64,000 nucleotides of DNA from Geosiphon pyriformis uo1. Taxonomy: Eukaryota; Fungi; Glomeromycota. Under the pieces are notes generated by a model that worked only from the letters and a program-made list of their open reading frames with translations, did not search any database and was not told where the DNA came from. This document shows positions 13,971 through 27,305 of this stretch, piece after piece; position 1 is the first letter of the stretch; every line of letters starts with the position of its first letter. The position numbers and the translations under genes were made by a program. Location: positions 319,094 to 383,093 of the forward strand of contig JAAOMT010000672.1 of the NCBI GenBank assembly GCA_016748015.1, given 5' to 3'.

Positions 13971-15719
13971 CTTTCTACTCTATATAATTTAAAAATAATT
14001 AAAGTTGACTAATTAGATAAACAAAAAATGTCATTGTTTAAAGATAACCAGCCACTTCAACTTTATAATCAACTAGTAAACAATATATGGTGGCCCTTTA
14101 AATTATCAATGTCATAAACAACATGTTGTTGCTAATTTGAGAGTTTATTAATTTCAAATCTAAATAAACAAAATTGTTATATATATTTCCTTTAATTTTT
14201 TTTTTCAAAAGATACATATCAAATTAAATTAACATCCACTAATGATTTAATTTTTGATTCATTATAAATTCTTGTAAATTAAATTTATAATACTATCATT
14301 AAAATTTCAATTATATTATAATTTTTATCTTTCAGTAAATATACAGCTGTTTATATATCATCTTTATATTCAATAATATAATGTAAAACTTTTTGTTAAT
14401 AATTAATAATTTGACAAAAAATGACTTATTTACTAAAAATAATTTTATAATAAGTAATTATAATTACTGTTTTAATATTTTCGAAATTTTTTATTGCACA
14501 ATTTATATATTTTACATTTTGCTGAAACTTTTAGTATCTTATATTTTTCAGCAAAAATCAGAAAACGTTTTAATTTTTTAAACCTATAATTTTTGAAAAA
14601 AAATAAAGTATTGTTTAATTATTTTATTTAATTATCACATTTATCATTTATTAATTACTCATATTATATTAATTAGCCATATTATATTATATCAGTTATT
14701 AATTAAATCATTAATTTTTTTGTAAAGTTTATATAAATAAAAATTTTTGGAATTATTAAAAATCATTTATTAATTATAAATTTATTTTAAAAATTAAATA
14801 TTTTTGATTTATTATTAATGATTTTGGTATTTGACTAATTAGTAACTATTTCTTTTATAATTTATAATAATTGTGTTTTACTTTTTTGAATTTTATTAAT
14901 AAAACAATAATTATTTATCTTTGTTTATATAATAATAATAATAATAATGGTTATTAATATTATAATTGTGTTATTCTAAATATAAAATTATTTTAATATT
15001 ATAATATTTTTTTATGTTGATTAATAATTTGTTAATTTTTTAATATATATTTAATTCATTGATTATTATCTATTTTTTATTGTATTATTTTTACATAAAA
15101 TTCAAATAAAAATTTTATCAGTTATTAAAAATAATTTTGTTTATTTTTTGGAATTATTTACTTAAGTATTATTAATTATTAATTATTAATTAAAATGCTT
15201 AAAATAAAATTATATAATGTATTATAAAATATTTTACTGTAATAATATTTTGTAAATTAAATTTGGCAATTTTTTGGGCAAAAAAATTATTACAATTTAC
15301 AATATTTTTAATAATACTATTTTCTGCAATTACGTAATTGGTTTTCAATTAAAATAATTGTTATTTTTAATTACAATATTATTTATTGGTTTGCTATCTT
15401 TTTAATTATTTATTTTTTATTTATATTATTATTATTTAATTAATTATCAATTTAATTAATTATTTTTTTTACTTAATTATTACTATATCTTCCTATTTAT
15501 ATTATAATTGCAATGCTTAATATCATTTTTATATTACATTATAACTTATTAATGATTATATATTCAATCTATTTTTTTATTAATAATTCTGTTAATCTGA
15601 TCAAAAACAGTTACTATCTCTTAATTTATGTATTCTTGATCCTGTTTTATCTTATTTTTAGCTGAAGATTTGTTAGTTTATTTTAATAAAATCTTTCCTT
15701 TGTAATATATCTGGTCTGA

Positions 15720-16150
15720 AAAGAAGTCAATATGTGGAATTTTTTTCAGTTCAAGTTTTGGTAAACTGATTAACTTTTAACACAATTTCAATGTTGATTT
15801 TATATTATACAAATGAATTTTCTTCCATCTGTTGATATGTTTTTTAAGAACAATTCTATAAGAATGGATCTTGCAAGAAGATAATGATCTGATACATCGT
15901 CCAAAAAAGTTATCCTAAACTACTAAAAGCTATTAGACCACGACAGCCAAACAAGTCAGATATTCAACAAACCACAACTAACATCGCGGAAGAAAAATGG
16001 TAATTCACGGCTATCAAATCCGATTGAGATTGGTAAAATTTAATATAGCAAAAAAATTAAAACTCACAGAATTAAAAGTACAACTAGCAAAAGAATGGAA
16101 TCGGTTACCTGATAAGCTTGCCGCAAATCTCGTCGAGGCACTAGGGGATT
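15720..16150 (+). mobile_element. Tc1/IS630-type transposase relic (C-terminal DDE region)
   Basis: Broken frames read VNMW..FSSSFGKL, LPSVDMFF, EWILQEDNDLIHR (cf. QDNDPKH), SNPIE and KEWNRLP. Confidence 0.65.
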
Positions 16151-17157
16151 ATACAATGTCTTAGTGATCAGAATATATTTTAAACTTTGAAATTCATTTA
16201 TTTTGCCTGTGTATCGAGTTGTGTGTGTGTATGGGGGGGGAGGGGGGGGTCGAACACTTTTGTGGTGTACTGTATTATACATTATGAGTATTAAGAATCA
16301 AACAAAGGCAGCAAATTATGGTTCGCCAGTATGTTATTGTTGTGATTAAACTGATTACATTTCTGAAATTTACAACAATCTTTCTTTATTCTCATTACAC
16401 CTGAAAAATAATAACAAATATATTAATTCGAGACTAAACAATGTCATTTTAATTTCTTTAAAAAAGAATCAAATAAATTTTCTTATAAAGACTAGCCAGC
16501 AAAATGACTGAGATGGATAAACCAACAATGACTTGACCTCTAGATGAATTATTCTTTGGCTAAAGTAAATTTTTGAAAAATGACGGTGGTCTAAAAAATC
16601 AAAATAATTTCTGCATTTCACATCATACATTATTCTTTTAATTGTCTCCCGCGAATTAAAAGTCATTAATTTTCTTTCACAATCGTGACTGATTGTTTCA
16701 AAATAAATTAATTGATTAAATTTTCGAATAATATATGTTTACAAAGGACTTCAAAATCAGACTTTTAAGACGCGGTTGGTTCGAAAGACCAAAATCCTAA
16801 TGCAAACTGACTCCAAAATTAACCTGCAATTTTAAATTATAATAACTTTAATTGTTTCATTTTGTTTACTAAAATAATGTGACAATTTTTGTTTTGTGCA
16901 AAAAGGAAAAACAGTGAACTCTTCTGTCATTCATTCATAAATATTTTATCTTTCAAAAAAATTCCCTTTATGCAATTTTATTTTTCTTTCCTTATTTCCA
17001 CATTATTCGAATACGAACAGCTGATATTGCAAGATAGAGGTTCAAGGATGCATTTAAAATAAATATTTTCTACTTATTTCTCATTGTTCTTTGAAAAATA
17101 CGATTTTTTTTTGAACAGTAACAAATTCTATCAGCCTTCAAACTCAAAAATTAAAAG

Positions 17158-17165
17158 TATATAAA
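17158..17165 (+). promoter_or_regulatory. Putative TATA box of the secreted RS/His peptide gene
   Basis: TATATAAA about 210 nt upstream of ATG 17372, followed by a pyrimidine-rich tract. Confidence 0.4.
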
Positions 17166-17371
17166 GGACTATGTTCTGGCCTTTTTTGATTCTTCATTCT
17201 ACCAGCTCTGAACCCAAGATTCAGGGCAATATCTCAAGAATATAGCTATAAAAGAAGCCAATTCAAACACCTAAGGTTCACAAGGAGAAAATCTTTGATT
17301 GCAAATAATTTTTTTCTTACCATTTATTAAAATTTTTGTTTTTTTTAACCACTAAGGCACAAGTTGGAAAA

Positions 17372-17713
17372 ATGGCTAAACTTAAGATAATTCTTTCCTG
17401 CTTGATTGCCAATGCACTCCTCTTGGTAGTCTCCACGTCTCCTGCGAATTCGGCTCCTGCAAGTTTTGTTCCAGAAGGTTCAGTCTCTGCAAGTGTGGTT
17501 GCTCTAGATTCGGGTTTTTCTAATCACCTTGCGAAGCGCGGACATAAATGTCACCATAAACACCGTTCTAGAAGTCGCAAGAAGCATCGTTCTAGAAGTC
17601 GTTCTAGAAGTCACCATAATCATCGTTCTAGAAGTCGTTCTAGAAGTCACCATAATCATCGTTCTAGAAGTCGCAAGAATCACCGTTCTAGATGCCACAG
17701 TCACAGTGCATAA
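17372..17713 (+). CDS. Small secreted precursor (113 aa): signal peptide, propeptide, KEX2-like LAKR site, 57-aa Arg-Ser/His-rich cationic peptide
   Basis: MAKLKIILSCLIANALLLVVSTSPANSA hydrophobic signal; LAKR then GHKCHHKHRSRSRKKHRSRSRSRSHHNHRSRSRSRSHHNHRSRSRKNHRSRCHSHSA; AAAATGG start context; GC-richer than flanks; 12-nt and 36-nt tandem units (cgttctagaagt). Confidence 0.8.
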   Translation: MAKLKIILSCLIANALLLVVSTSPANSAPASFVPEGSVSASVVALDSGFSNHLAKRGHKCHHKHRSRSRKKHRSRSRSRSHHNHRSRSRSRSHHNHRSRSRKNHRSRCHSHSA

Positions 17714-19030
17714 AAGATGGAAATGTGAAGGTAATTTCAACTATCTTACATACACTCTATGACTTGCATATTTTTTGGAATTCAAACGATCTGATACTTA
17801 CTTTTTTGCCACCTCAAAATGTTTTTCCTGCAATAGGTCTACATTTATAAGCTTTTTTACATTCAGTTCTTTTTAAAAGTAACGAGCAAGTGGTAATCTC
17901 AATAGAAAAAATTACGGTTAGCTGTCTAATTGCATATGCAAATAATAAGCCTTATAATAGAAAGTAACCTTAATAAAATCATATTTTCAAACCAAGATAA
18001 ATTTTTAATTAATTATTATACGACGGCATTCTCAATCTGACTAAAATTTGCGGTTGAAATTGAATAGTAAATTATATAGAAAATTTTTAATTTCTTCTTT
18101 AAAATAGTGACTTCGTCTTTTTCTGCCTTCACATTTGAAAATTTTTAAGTAATAAAAGTCTATTAACCAATAAAATCAATTTTTTTATCAGGTATGCATA
18201 ACTATTATTAACTTTAAACGTTTTATATTTCATTGCCCCCTGACTCTAGATATAATTTGCTTTGATCGCTTGTCAGATTGAGAAAATTTATTAAAATTTA
18301 GATATCACATCGATGATTAAAGATAAAAAAATAAAAAACAAGACTTTCTCAAGATTTATTTTTGCTAAATTTGTGTCACAAGAAATGCTGACCACTTTTA
18401 CACAATGATTGGTATACCTACCTATTTTTCCAATAATATGTCATAAAAATAATAAAAAAACAAAACTAGAATGAGCCAATAACTATAACAGGTAATAATA
18501 ACAAACCGATAGTAGAACAAAACAATGTTCACTTTAAAAAATTTAATTCACAAAAAACACAAAATTCATGCATTAAGACTAAAATAGAATTGTTTTAACT
18601 AAATATAGTCTCACCAAAAACCTATATTGTTTCTACTCTTAAAAGTTAAATTATAGATTTACCTCATGCTTTTTTACAATGCATAATTAATTACTTAGGC
18701 CTAAGCCAATGAATACTCATCTATCTTTTAAACCAAAGGTACTTAATGCTTTAATCTTACTAAAATACTTAGTAAAAGCCTGTTTATTTTTGACTAATTT
18801 GTGCAATCATTTGTTAGTTGTATCTCTATTAAACTTAATCTTATTCTCCATTATGAAATACATATTCTATATTTTTTATAACTAATAACAATTGACTTAT
18901 AACCTTCAAAGCCATTTATATTAGATAAATAACTCTTTTTTTGTTCATATTACTGTGGTTAGAATTTTTAACCACAGTAATAATTAAGTTAATAATATAC
19001 TTAATCTGAACTTGTAAAGAAGCAAAATAA

Positions 19031-19305
19031 TATTATTCGAATAGAAAATAGTAAAAATAAATAAAATAGTATTAAATTAGCCAATTAAATATTAGTATTA
19101 AGTATCGAAAATTCCGAAAATACCAAAAATTACAAAAATATCAAAAAAATTTTAAATATACAATAAATAATAATAATAATAACTAAAAAGGCCAAAAAGT
19201 TTTACATTACTAGAAATATACAGTATATATACAAGTAGTAAAAAATTAAAAAAATTAGATAAAAATTTTAATAAAAATTATTATTAAATAAACTATATAA
19301 GTACT
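19031..19305 (+). repeat. Eroded LTR-like repeat; inverted partner at 26450-26725
   Basis: AAATAGTATTAAATTAGCCAAT (19064-19085) is the exact reverse complement of 26672-26693, with looser similarity over ~270 nt. Confidence 0.65.
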
Positions 19306-19307
19306 TA

Positions 19308-20610
19308 CACTCGGCGGAAAAAAGTCATGGAACACTTTACATTTTTATTATTTTGTGTTCCATGAATGATAAAAATATCTGTAAATAGTAAGGAATGTAT
19401 TAAAATAACAATTATTAATCAAAACAAAGATATAATTAACAATATTTAATTCGCATTTTTTTTATCAACATAAAATTTTTCGTGATTTTTTTTTGATGAA
19501 CATGAATATTCAAAAATCTAAAGTTCAAAGGAAATAATTAAATGATTTTGAGCATATTAGAATTATTATTCTTTCAGAAGAAGAAAAATCTGTACGTAAA
19601 ATATCAGAACAACTGAATTATCCTAAATCAACTATTCAAAATATACTTTCTCATTATAAAAAAAACCAATGCTATTGAATCCACACCCAGAAGTGGTAGA
19701 CCTTCTTTTCTTGATAAAAAAACTACCAAAATATTATAAAAAACAATTAAGAAGAATCCAAAAAGTTCTCAAAGAAATTCAAGATTTCAATAAGAAAAAT
19801 CTTAAAGTTTCAACAAAAAATATCAGTACTTCCTTACACAAGATTGGTCTTTACTCAAAAATTGCTGCAAAAAAACCATTATTAACCCAAATCCAACAAG
19901 AAAATCTACTTAATTGGTGTATTGAACATTTTTTTTGGACAATTAAAGAATGGAATGAAGTTATTTGGAGTGATGAATCAAGGTTTTGTCTTTTTTCTAA
20001 TGGATCTCAAAAAGTATGGAGAAAAAAAGGAACAAGATTTAACAAAGAAAATTTATCACCACTGTAAAGCATGGTGGAGAAGGAATTATGGTTTGGAGAT
20101 GTTTTTGTGGAACTGGAATTGGTCCTTTAGTTTTAGTAAAAGGCATATTAAATCGGTTTGGATATATTGATCTTTTACAAAAACATTTATTACCATGGAT
20201 TAATTATAGATTTTATCATAAACATTATTTATTTCAACAAGATAATGGCCCAATTCATACAGCTAAAGATGTTAAGACTTGGATGGCTCAAAAACATCTC
20301 AATTTACTTTCTAAATGGCCAGCACAATCACCCGATTTGAATCTAATAGAGCATTTATGGGATTATTTACAAAAACAACTCAAAAAACGAAATCCGCGCC
20401 CCGAAAATAATCACAAATTATTCCTCGCGTTACAAGAAGAATGGCAAGCAATTCCACGAAATATCTATATAAATTTGGTTTCTAGTGTATCTAGACGTAT
20501 TGAAGAATGTATTAGAAAGGAGGGTGGACCAACTAGTTATTAAGTAATAAATAAAATAAAAAGTTATTAAAGAAATAATAAAGTGTCCCATGACTTTTTT
20601 CCGCCGAGTG
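19308..20610 (+). mobile_element. Tc1-family DNA transposon, full length
   Basis: 32-bp TIRs CACTCGGCGGAAAAAAGTCATGG(A/G)ACACTTTA at 19308-19339 and 20579-20610 (1 mismatch), flanked by TA on both sides. Confidence 0.95.
19502..20543 (+). pseudogene. Tc1 transposase (DD35E spacing), disrupted by a stop and frameshifts
   Basis: HTH SVRKISEQLNYPKSTIQNIL, PRSGRP, WSDESRF, FQQDNGPIH, WPAQSPDLNLIEHLW; 35 residues between D of QDN and E of NLIE. Confidence 0.92.
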
Positions 20611-21510
20611 TATATAAAAAGTTTTTTTTAGTTGGATTATATTTTTACACTTTAAAAATAAATTTACTAGTTAAAAATTAATAATTGTTAGCTTCAATTT
20701 AAAAAAATCTTCAAAAAAATTAATTATTATTGTTTTAATTACTATTATTTTTAAGAACCAATAAAGATAAGAGTAAATTATTGTAATTTTTAAATAATAT
20801 TTTATTAGTTTACAGTAATAATATACAAATGGATTATGATTTTGTGTTTGATTATATATTATTTATTACTAATTATACTAAAATTCAAATTTGATTTTTA
20901 AGAATAATTGTTGATTATTTTTTAAAGTCTGAGTTAAAAGTTTTAGTAATTTGACCAAATAAACAGTAAGTCTATTTATTTATTAATTATTTATTTGGAT
21001 CTAAAATTTGAATTATAAAAATAGTAATAAGTAATTAAAAAACAGAAACAAAAAATAATACAAATAACAAAATGGTTTTTAAATTTAAGAATGTTATTTA
21101 TTTTAATTATTTTTAAAATTTGGAATTAATATTTTTAAGTTGTAAAATTTAAAAAAGTTATTAATTACAGTATCAAACTTTCTAGATTTGAATTTTAAAT
21201 AAATTTTATTAAAAAAATTAATTAACAAATTCATAAAATTTATATATTATTTAAATTTTTATTTAACTTTGTTTTTTTAAATTATTTATAATATTCAAAG
21301 CAAAAACAAATTTTTTAAATTTATACCAATTATTTTTATAGGCTTAATGTTTTTAATAATTAGTATTAAAAAATTTATTAATACTTTTAATATTATAATT
21401 AATAATTGTATTATTTATTTTTTTATTAATAAATATATTTTAATAGTTTTTTTGGTATTTTCAAAAACTTTTATATAGTTTTTTAATAATTAAACTTTTT
21501 AACAATACAA

Positions 21511-23580
21511 TTTTTTTATTAATTTTATAAATAAAGCTTATATATTACTTAATATATTATACCAAATTAAATAGTTTAAATTAGATATATATTATATACT
21601 TTTATATATAATTAGCTACTTAAACCAATCAAAGCAACATTATATATATATCTTAACTAAAATACTACTACTTATGTCAAAAAAACAAACAAACTACAAA
21701 TTATTAAAGACACAAACTTATTATAAAAAATCAAACCATTTTTTATTATTATTATTTTAAATTTAAATCTAATTAATTATATTTTTTTATGATAATTAAT
21801 ATTTAATTTATGCATAAAATTATTTAATTTACTAATAATAATATTAATATTATCAAAAACAGATCAAGTTTTATAATATTAATTTATAAAAACAATATTA
21901 TTAAATATACAAAAAAAATAGCAATTATAAAATATTAAATAATAAAATATATGTTTTTAACAGTAATATTCAATAAATAACATATAACTTTAACAAATTT
22001 TTATAAACAATAGAATTTATTTTATTATAATAGAAACAAAAAACACTAAAATATTTTTTATTATACAAATGTTTTTAAATTACAATAAAAAAATAACAAT
22101 ACAGTGTTTTAATAATATAAGAATACAAATTAGTAATATATTTATTTATAAACTCAAAAACCATATGTAAATTCAAATATTAAACCAAAAAAGTTTAAAC
22201 CAGACAATATTAATATTAGATTTAACTTCTTAATAAATATAATAAATTGTTTTAAAAACATTATAAACAAAATATTTATTATTTGATACACTATAATAAT
22301 CTTTAATTTTATATTATATAATATTAAAAATTTTATTTTAAATATTATTTTATATATTATGTTTTTTAAATTAACAACAATAATAAAAGTCTAATAATAT
22401 TAATTTTAATTTAAATAAATAAATATTTAATATAATTTGACTATCTAAATATATTACAACTATATTAAAAACTAGAATATATTTTAAAACAAACATAATT
22501 GTTTATAATTTTACTATTATTAAAAAAATTAATGTATTTACTTTAATACTAATCTTTGATTTTAAATCTGTAAAAAATATAATTATATTATATCTATCTT
22601 TGAATTATCTAAATTTTTTAATAATTTATCTGTATAAATATTAAATATATTCAAGTTTACTTTTAATAAATACTTTTTTATTACAACAAAATCACAAATT
22701 TATATATATTAAAAAGTTAAAATTTTTATATTAATATTAAAACAATATTATAAAAAGTTTTATGACTTATATAATTATATATTACTTTAAATTATCTAAA
22801 AACAAGATCTTTAAAATTTAATTTTTTTTAATAATAAAAATTTTTTTAATAAAAAACTAAACTTTTTTGTTTAATAATTATTTAATAAATATAACTTTAA
22901 ACTTTTTAAGTAATTAAAACATGTTATAAAAAATTGAATTTTCTAAACAATAAATATAAAGTATTATTAATAAAATAAAATATAATTAACAAATTGTTTA
23001 TAAAAGATATATTATAAATAAAAAATTTTTATTATTTAACTAAAAAGTTGTTTACAAGATTAATTGTTAATTTTATTAAAAACTACAAATTCAAAAAATT
23101 TATAATTAAACAATTAATTAAAAATCTAATTAATATTTAAAAAACTAATCAACAAAATCATTTTTTTTTATTTATATTTACTTAAAAAACTTTAAATTAT
23201 ATAAAAACAAATAATAAATAGTTTTATTTGAAAAATATTTTGGCAAACTAATCTTTGTTTTAAAGTTTTTTAATTAGTATATCTTATTTATTACAAATAT
23301 TTTGAAGATAAAACTAAATTGAATTTGATAACTAATAATAAAAATATAATATAATTAAAACTAAATTAAAAAACTACTTATTTATATAGTTTTTTTTAAA
23401 ATTATTATTAAAATTATGCAAAAAAGACTTATATTATTATATTTAATTAACAAAATCAGCTAATAAATAAAAAATAAAAAATTAATAATTAGTTCAATAA
23501 TAACAAAAAAATATAATACAATCTAATTATTTAATTAAAATAAATATAAAATTTTTTTAACAATTAAAAAACACTAATAG
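21511..23580 (-). mobile_element. Extremely AT-eroded LINE relic with 3' UTR and A-tail
   Basis: 21610-21643 aattagctacttaaaccaatcaaagcaacattat aligns with the LINE 3' UTR at ~55660-55694 (aaccagccatttgagccagtcagaacaacattat); T-run at ~21511; right boundary approximate. Confidence 0.65.
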
Positions 23581-24489
23581 AAATTAAAAATTAATATATA
23601 TAATCTAATAACAACAAACTTTATTATATTTTAAATTTTATATATGTTTTTATTTATATAGTCTAAGATTTTAAATTTATAATTACTATTTAAAAATAAT
23701 TACTAAAAAATATAATTAATTAATCTAATTTTAATTATATTGATTATAATTATAATTAATATTAATAATATACAATCAAATTTTAAATTTAGTTATTTAA
23801 ATATGATTATTTAAATTAATAATTTATAAAAAAATATAATTCACAATTAAATTAATTAATTTAATTTATATAAATAATTTATTTAAATAGTCTTAATATA
23901 ATATATAGATTTAATATATTTTAATTATATATATATAAATTTTTGCTAGTTTAAAAATATATTAGTTTTATGTTAAACCAACTTTTTATTAAATAAGTTG
24001 TTAATTTTATTATTTGATCTTGTTTTTATTATAGTATTAATTAAGTAATAAAATTGTTATATTATTAAAAATATAATATTAATAATAGTATTTTAATTAA
24101 TTATTTTAGTTATGTTTTTTTATAAATTTCTTGATAATTTTTTTGTTTTTGCTTTTTATAAATTAGATTTTTAATACCACATATTTTTGATAATTAATTA
24201 AAAAAATTCTGATTATAATTTAATTAAATTAATTTTGATTCTTAATTAATTATATTTTTTGTGTTTTTATTGTTTTTCTTTATAAAACTTATATTAAAAC
24301 TGGTTCTTGTTTAAAAATAAATAATAATAATAATAATTTTTTTTTACTTTAGTAATTTATTTATTATCTTTTTACTCTTTTAAATACTGAAATAATTTAT
24401 ATAGTCATGTATAAATTTTATTTAATAGTTATATATATAATTATATATATTGCTTAAAAAAAGCATTATTGTTGCTAAAAAAGTTTCTC

Positions 24490-25600
24490 AAATTTGTGTT
24501 TTTTTTTGATAATATTATATTGAAAAAAACTTAATATTTGAATAAGTTTTAACCAAACTAGATTTAAATAAATTATTTATTAACAAAAAATATTTAGATA
24601 TTTATAAGAAACGCTTTTTTTTATAACAAAAATTGACAAATTATTATTAATTTTAAAGAAATTACTTGTAATATTTAATATACTGAATAGCTATCTAATT
24701 ATTTTCTATTTAAACTATATTATAAACAAATATTTTAATTACTAAAAAAAACATTAATCGAATTTGGTTTTTAATTTACCAGTTTTAATAACAAATTTAG
24801 TGTCAATCTAGTAGTTACACAAAATTTTATGCTTTTTTACTTTATATAAAAGAGAATTATAAAAATTTTTTAGAACAGTAATAAAAAAACCTTATAAATT
24901 TTTTATATATTTTTACTTTAATTAAACTATTTTTTATTTATATAGCTTAAAAATTATAAATATTTAAGTTTTTTTTAAAGTTAAGAAATCAATTTACATA
25001 TTAAACAAAAATTTAATAAAACCAAAAGTATTTTTAAAACAAATTTATCACAATGTTTTTAAAATTTATTAAAAATATCAAACAAATTAACAGTTTTTCT
25101 ATTAAATAAATTTTTGATTATATTTAGCATCTTATTATACTTATTATTTTTGAAAAAGCAATATTATTAATATTATTAATTAAATATATTATTTAAAACA
25201 AATTTTTTGCTGGTTTAATCTTTTATAATTATATTTACTTCTAATTTAACTTTATAAAAATTTAAGACTAGTTTATTTTTTTAACCAAATAATTTAAAAA
25301 TATTATGTAAAACAGTCACTTTAGTATATTTTTAATAATATTTAAACACTTAAGATATAAATATTATATTTAAATTTATTAAAACATAATTGTATTAGTT
25401 ATTAAAAACATATTTTTAAAGCAGTTCTATTTAGAATTATTAGCTTTTTTAATATTAAACTTTTATTTATTTTTAAAAAAAAATTAGTTATATATTTAAC
25501 AATATATTATATATACTAAAATTTTATATTTTATTAAATTAATAATACATATTTTTATGTTTTTTAATTATTTTTTATTTAATAAATTACAAAAACAACC
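24490..25600 (-). mobile_element. Extremely AT-eroded LINE RT relic
   Basis: Reverse complement of ~25010-25098 aligns codon by codon with KAAGLSGISNELWKHCDESVLDMLLVLIN (~46360-46445); ~24520-24780 aligns with the AFVDDT..HRYLG..KPSLAKAHSDVRFF region. Confidence 0.75.
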
Positions 25601-26449
25601 AAATGGTCTTTTAAATTAATTTTAATAATACAAATTAAAAATATATATAAAAATATGTAAAGAAAATAAATAATAAAGTACAATAAAATTTACTTTATTT
25701 ATTTTTTTAATTTGTATTTAATTGTTATTTTTTATAGCTAAATAATCTTTTGTTTATATAATTATTAATAATCAGATTAATAATTATATTTAATAGTTAA
25801 AATATATATAATAATCATAAATTTTAGTTTTAATATTAAAAAAATATTGCTTTAATATAATATTTTAACTTTTAAGTTTACTATAAAATATTTATTAATC
25901 TGTAAAAATACATAATAAAATTTTTGTATTATTATTACCAAAAAAACTATATGATTTATTATTTATTGTATTTATTATAAAAAGATAAAAATATTGAATT
26001 ACATATTTTTAATACTTATTTGAATATTGTGCATAATTACTTTACAAGCTAAATAAATTTATTTTAAGCTTATATTATATTATTTTTTATTTTTTATTTA
26101 TTGTTTAATTATAGTATAAACAATTGATTTTATATATATATTTGTTAAAGCTTGTTTTTAAAAAAGTTAATTATTTAATATTAAATTAAAAACTTATTTA
26201 AACAATATTATAGTTATTTTTTTTCTGAATAAAGTATTATAATTTTTAATTCTTTTTTATATATTTAATTTTTAATAATTTTTGTTAATTTAAAAGTTTT
26301 TGTTTAAAGTTTTTTTATAAAATACAGAAATTTAATTTATGCATTATATTATATTATAATAATTGCTTTTAATATTTTGTGTTTAACTTATACTTAATAG
26401 AATTTAATATTGTTTTTTTGCTTTTTTGGTAAATTAACAATTTTTTTAA

Positions 26450-26725
26450 AAATTTAACTTATATATAATATTTTTTATTAATTTATATTTAATATAAAGT
26501 TTTTTTTAATAGTATTTTTATATATATTTATTTTCAATAATATGAAATGTTTTGGTATTTTTAGTTATTTTTACATTATTTTATTATTATTCTTAATATT
26601 TTTAATATTTCTGGAATTTTTTCGGGTATTTTTAAAGTTTTGTTATCATATTATTTTAATATTAATATTTTATTGGCTAATTTAATACTATTTAATTTTT
26701 GCTATTTTTTATTTAAGTAATAACA
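26450..26725 (-). repeat. Eroded LTR-like repeat beginning TGTTATTAC on the minus strand
   Basis: Inverted copy of 19031-19305; starts TGTTA like the LTR at 58384. Confidence 0.6.
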
Positions 26726-27305
26726 GATAATTTGTGCATTAAAATATAAAAAACTTATTAGTTTTTAATTTAAAAAATTATTTAAATTCTAAATATTGTT
26801 AAACATATAATTAATTTTGGTTTAAAAAAAAGTGTCTATTTTTCTTAAGTTTAAATACTCTTATAATTGTTGTAAACACTATAGTATAGTTTAATTAATC
26901 TAAATAACTGGTTATATGTAATAATTACATAAGTCATATTTAATTTAAAAATTTATTGTTGTATTATATTAAATAGTAATTAAGCCATACTTATTAAAGC
27001 AATAAAAAAATCACTTTGCAAAATACATTATATTTTAATAATTTCAATTTGTTATTGTTTTAAAGATTTGCAATAAAATTACAATAATTTATAAATACAA
27101 GTAATAAACATAAGTTTTAAGAAAATTTTTCATAGCTATAATAATGTTTATTTATAATTATTTTGGTTTTTTATTGTAATATTTGTTTTGTATTACTCAA
27201 TATTATATTATTTGTTGTTAGATAATTTTTGATGTTTTAAAATAAGTCTAACCAATTTTTAAGATATGTTTGCTGGCAAAAAAACATATTATGATTCCAG
27301 TAATA

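Noticed and set aside
17504-17762. Overlapping ORFs with IVLEVVLEV and MIMVTSRTTSR repeats
   Set aside because: Alternative frames of the same 12/36-nt tandem repeat; only the RS frame is joined to a signal peptide
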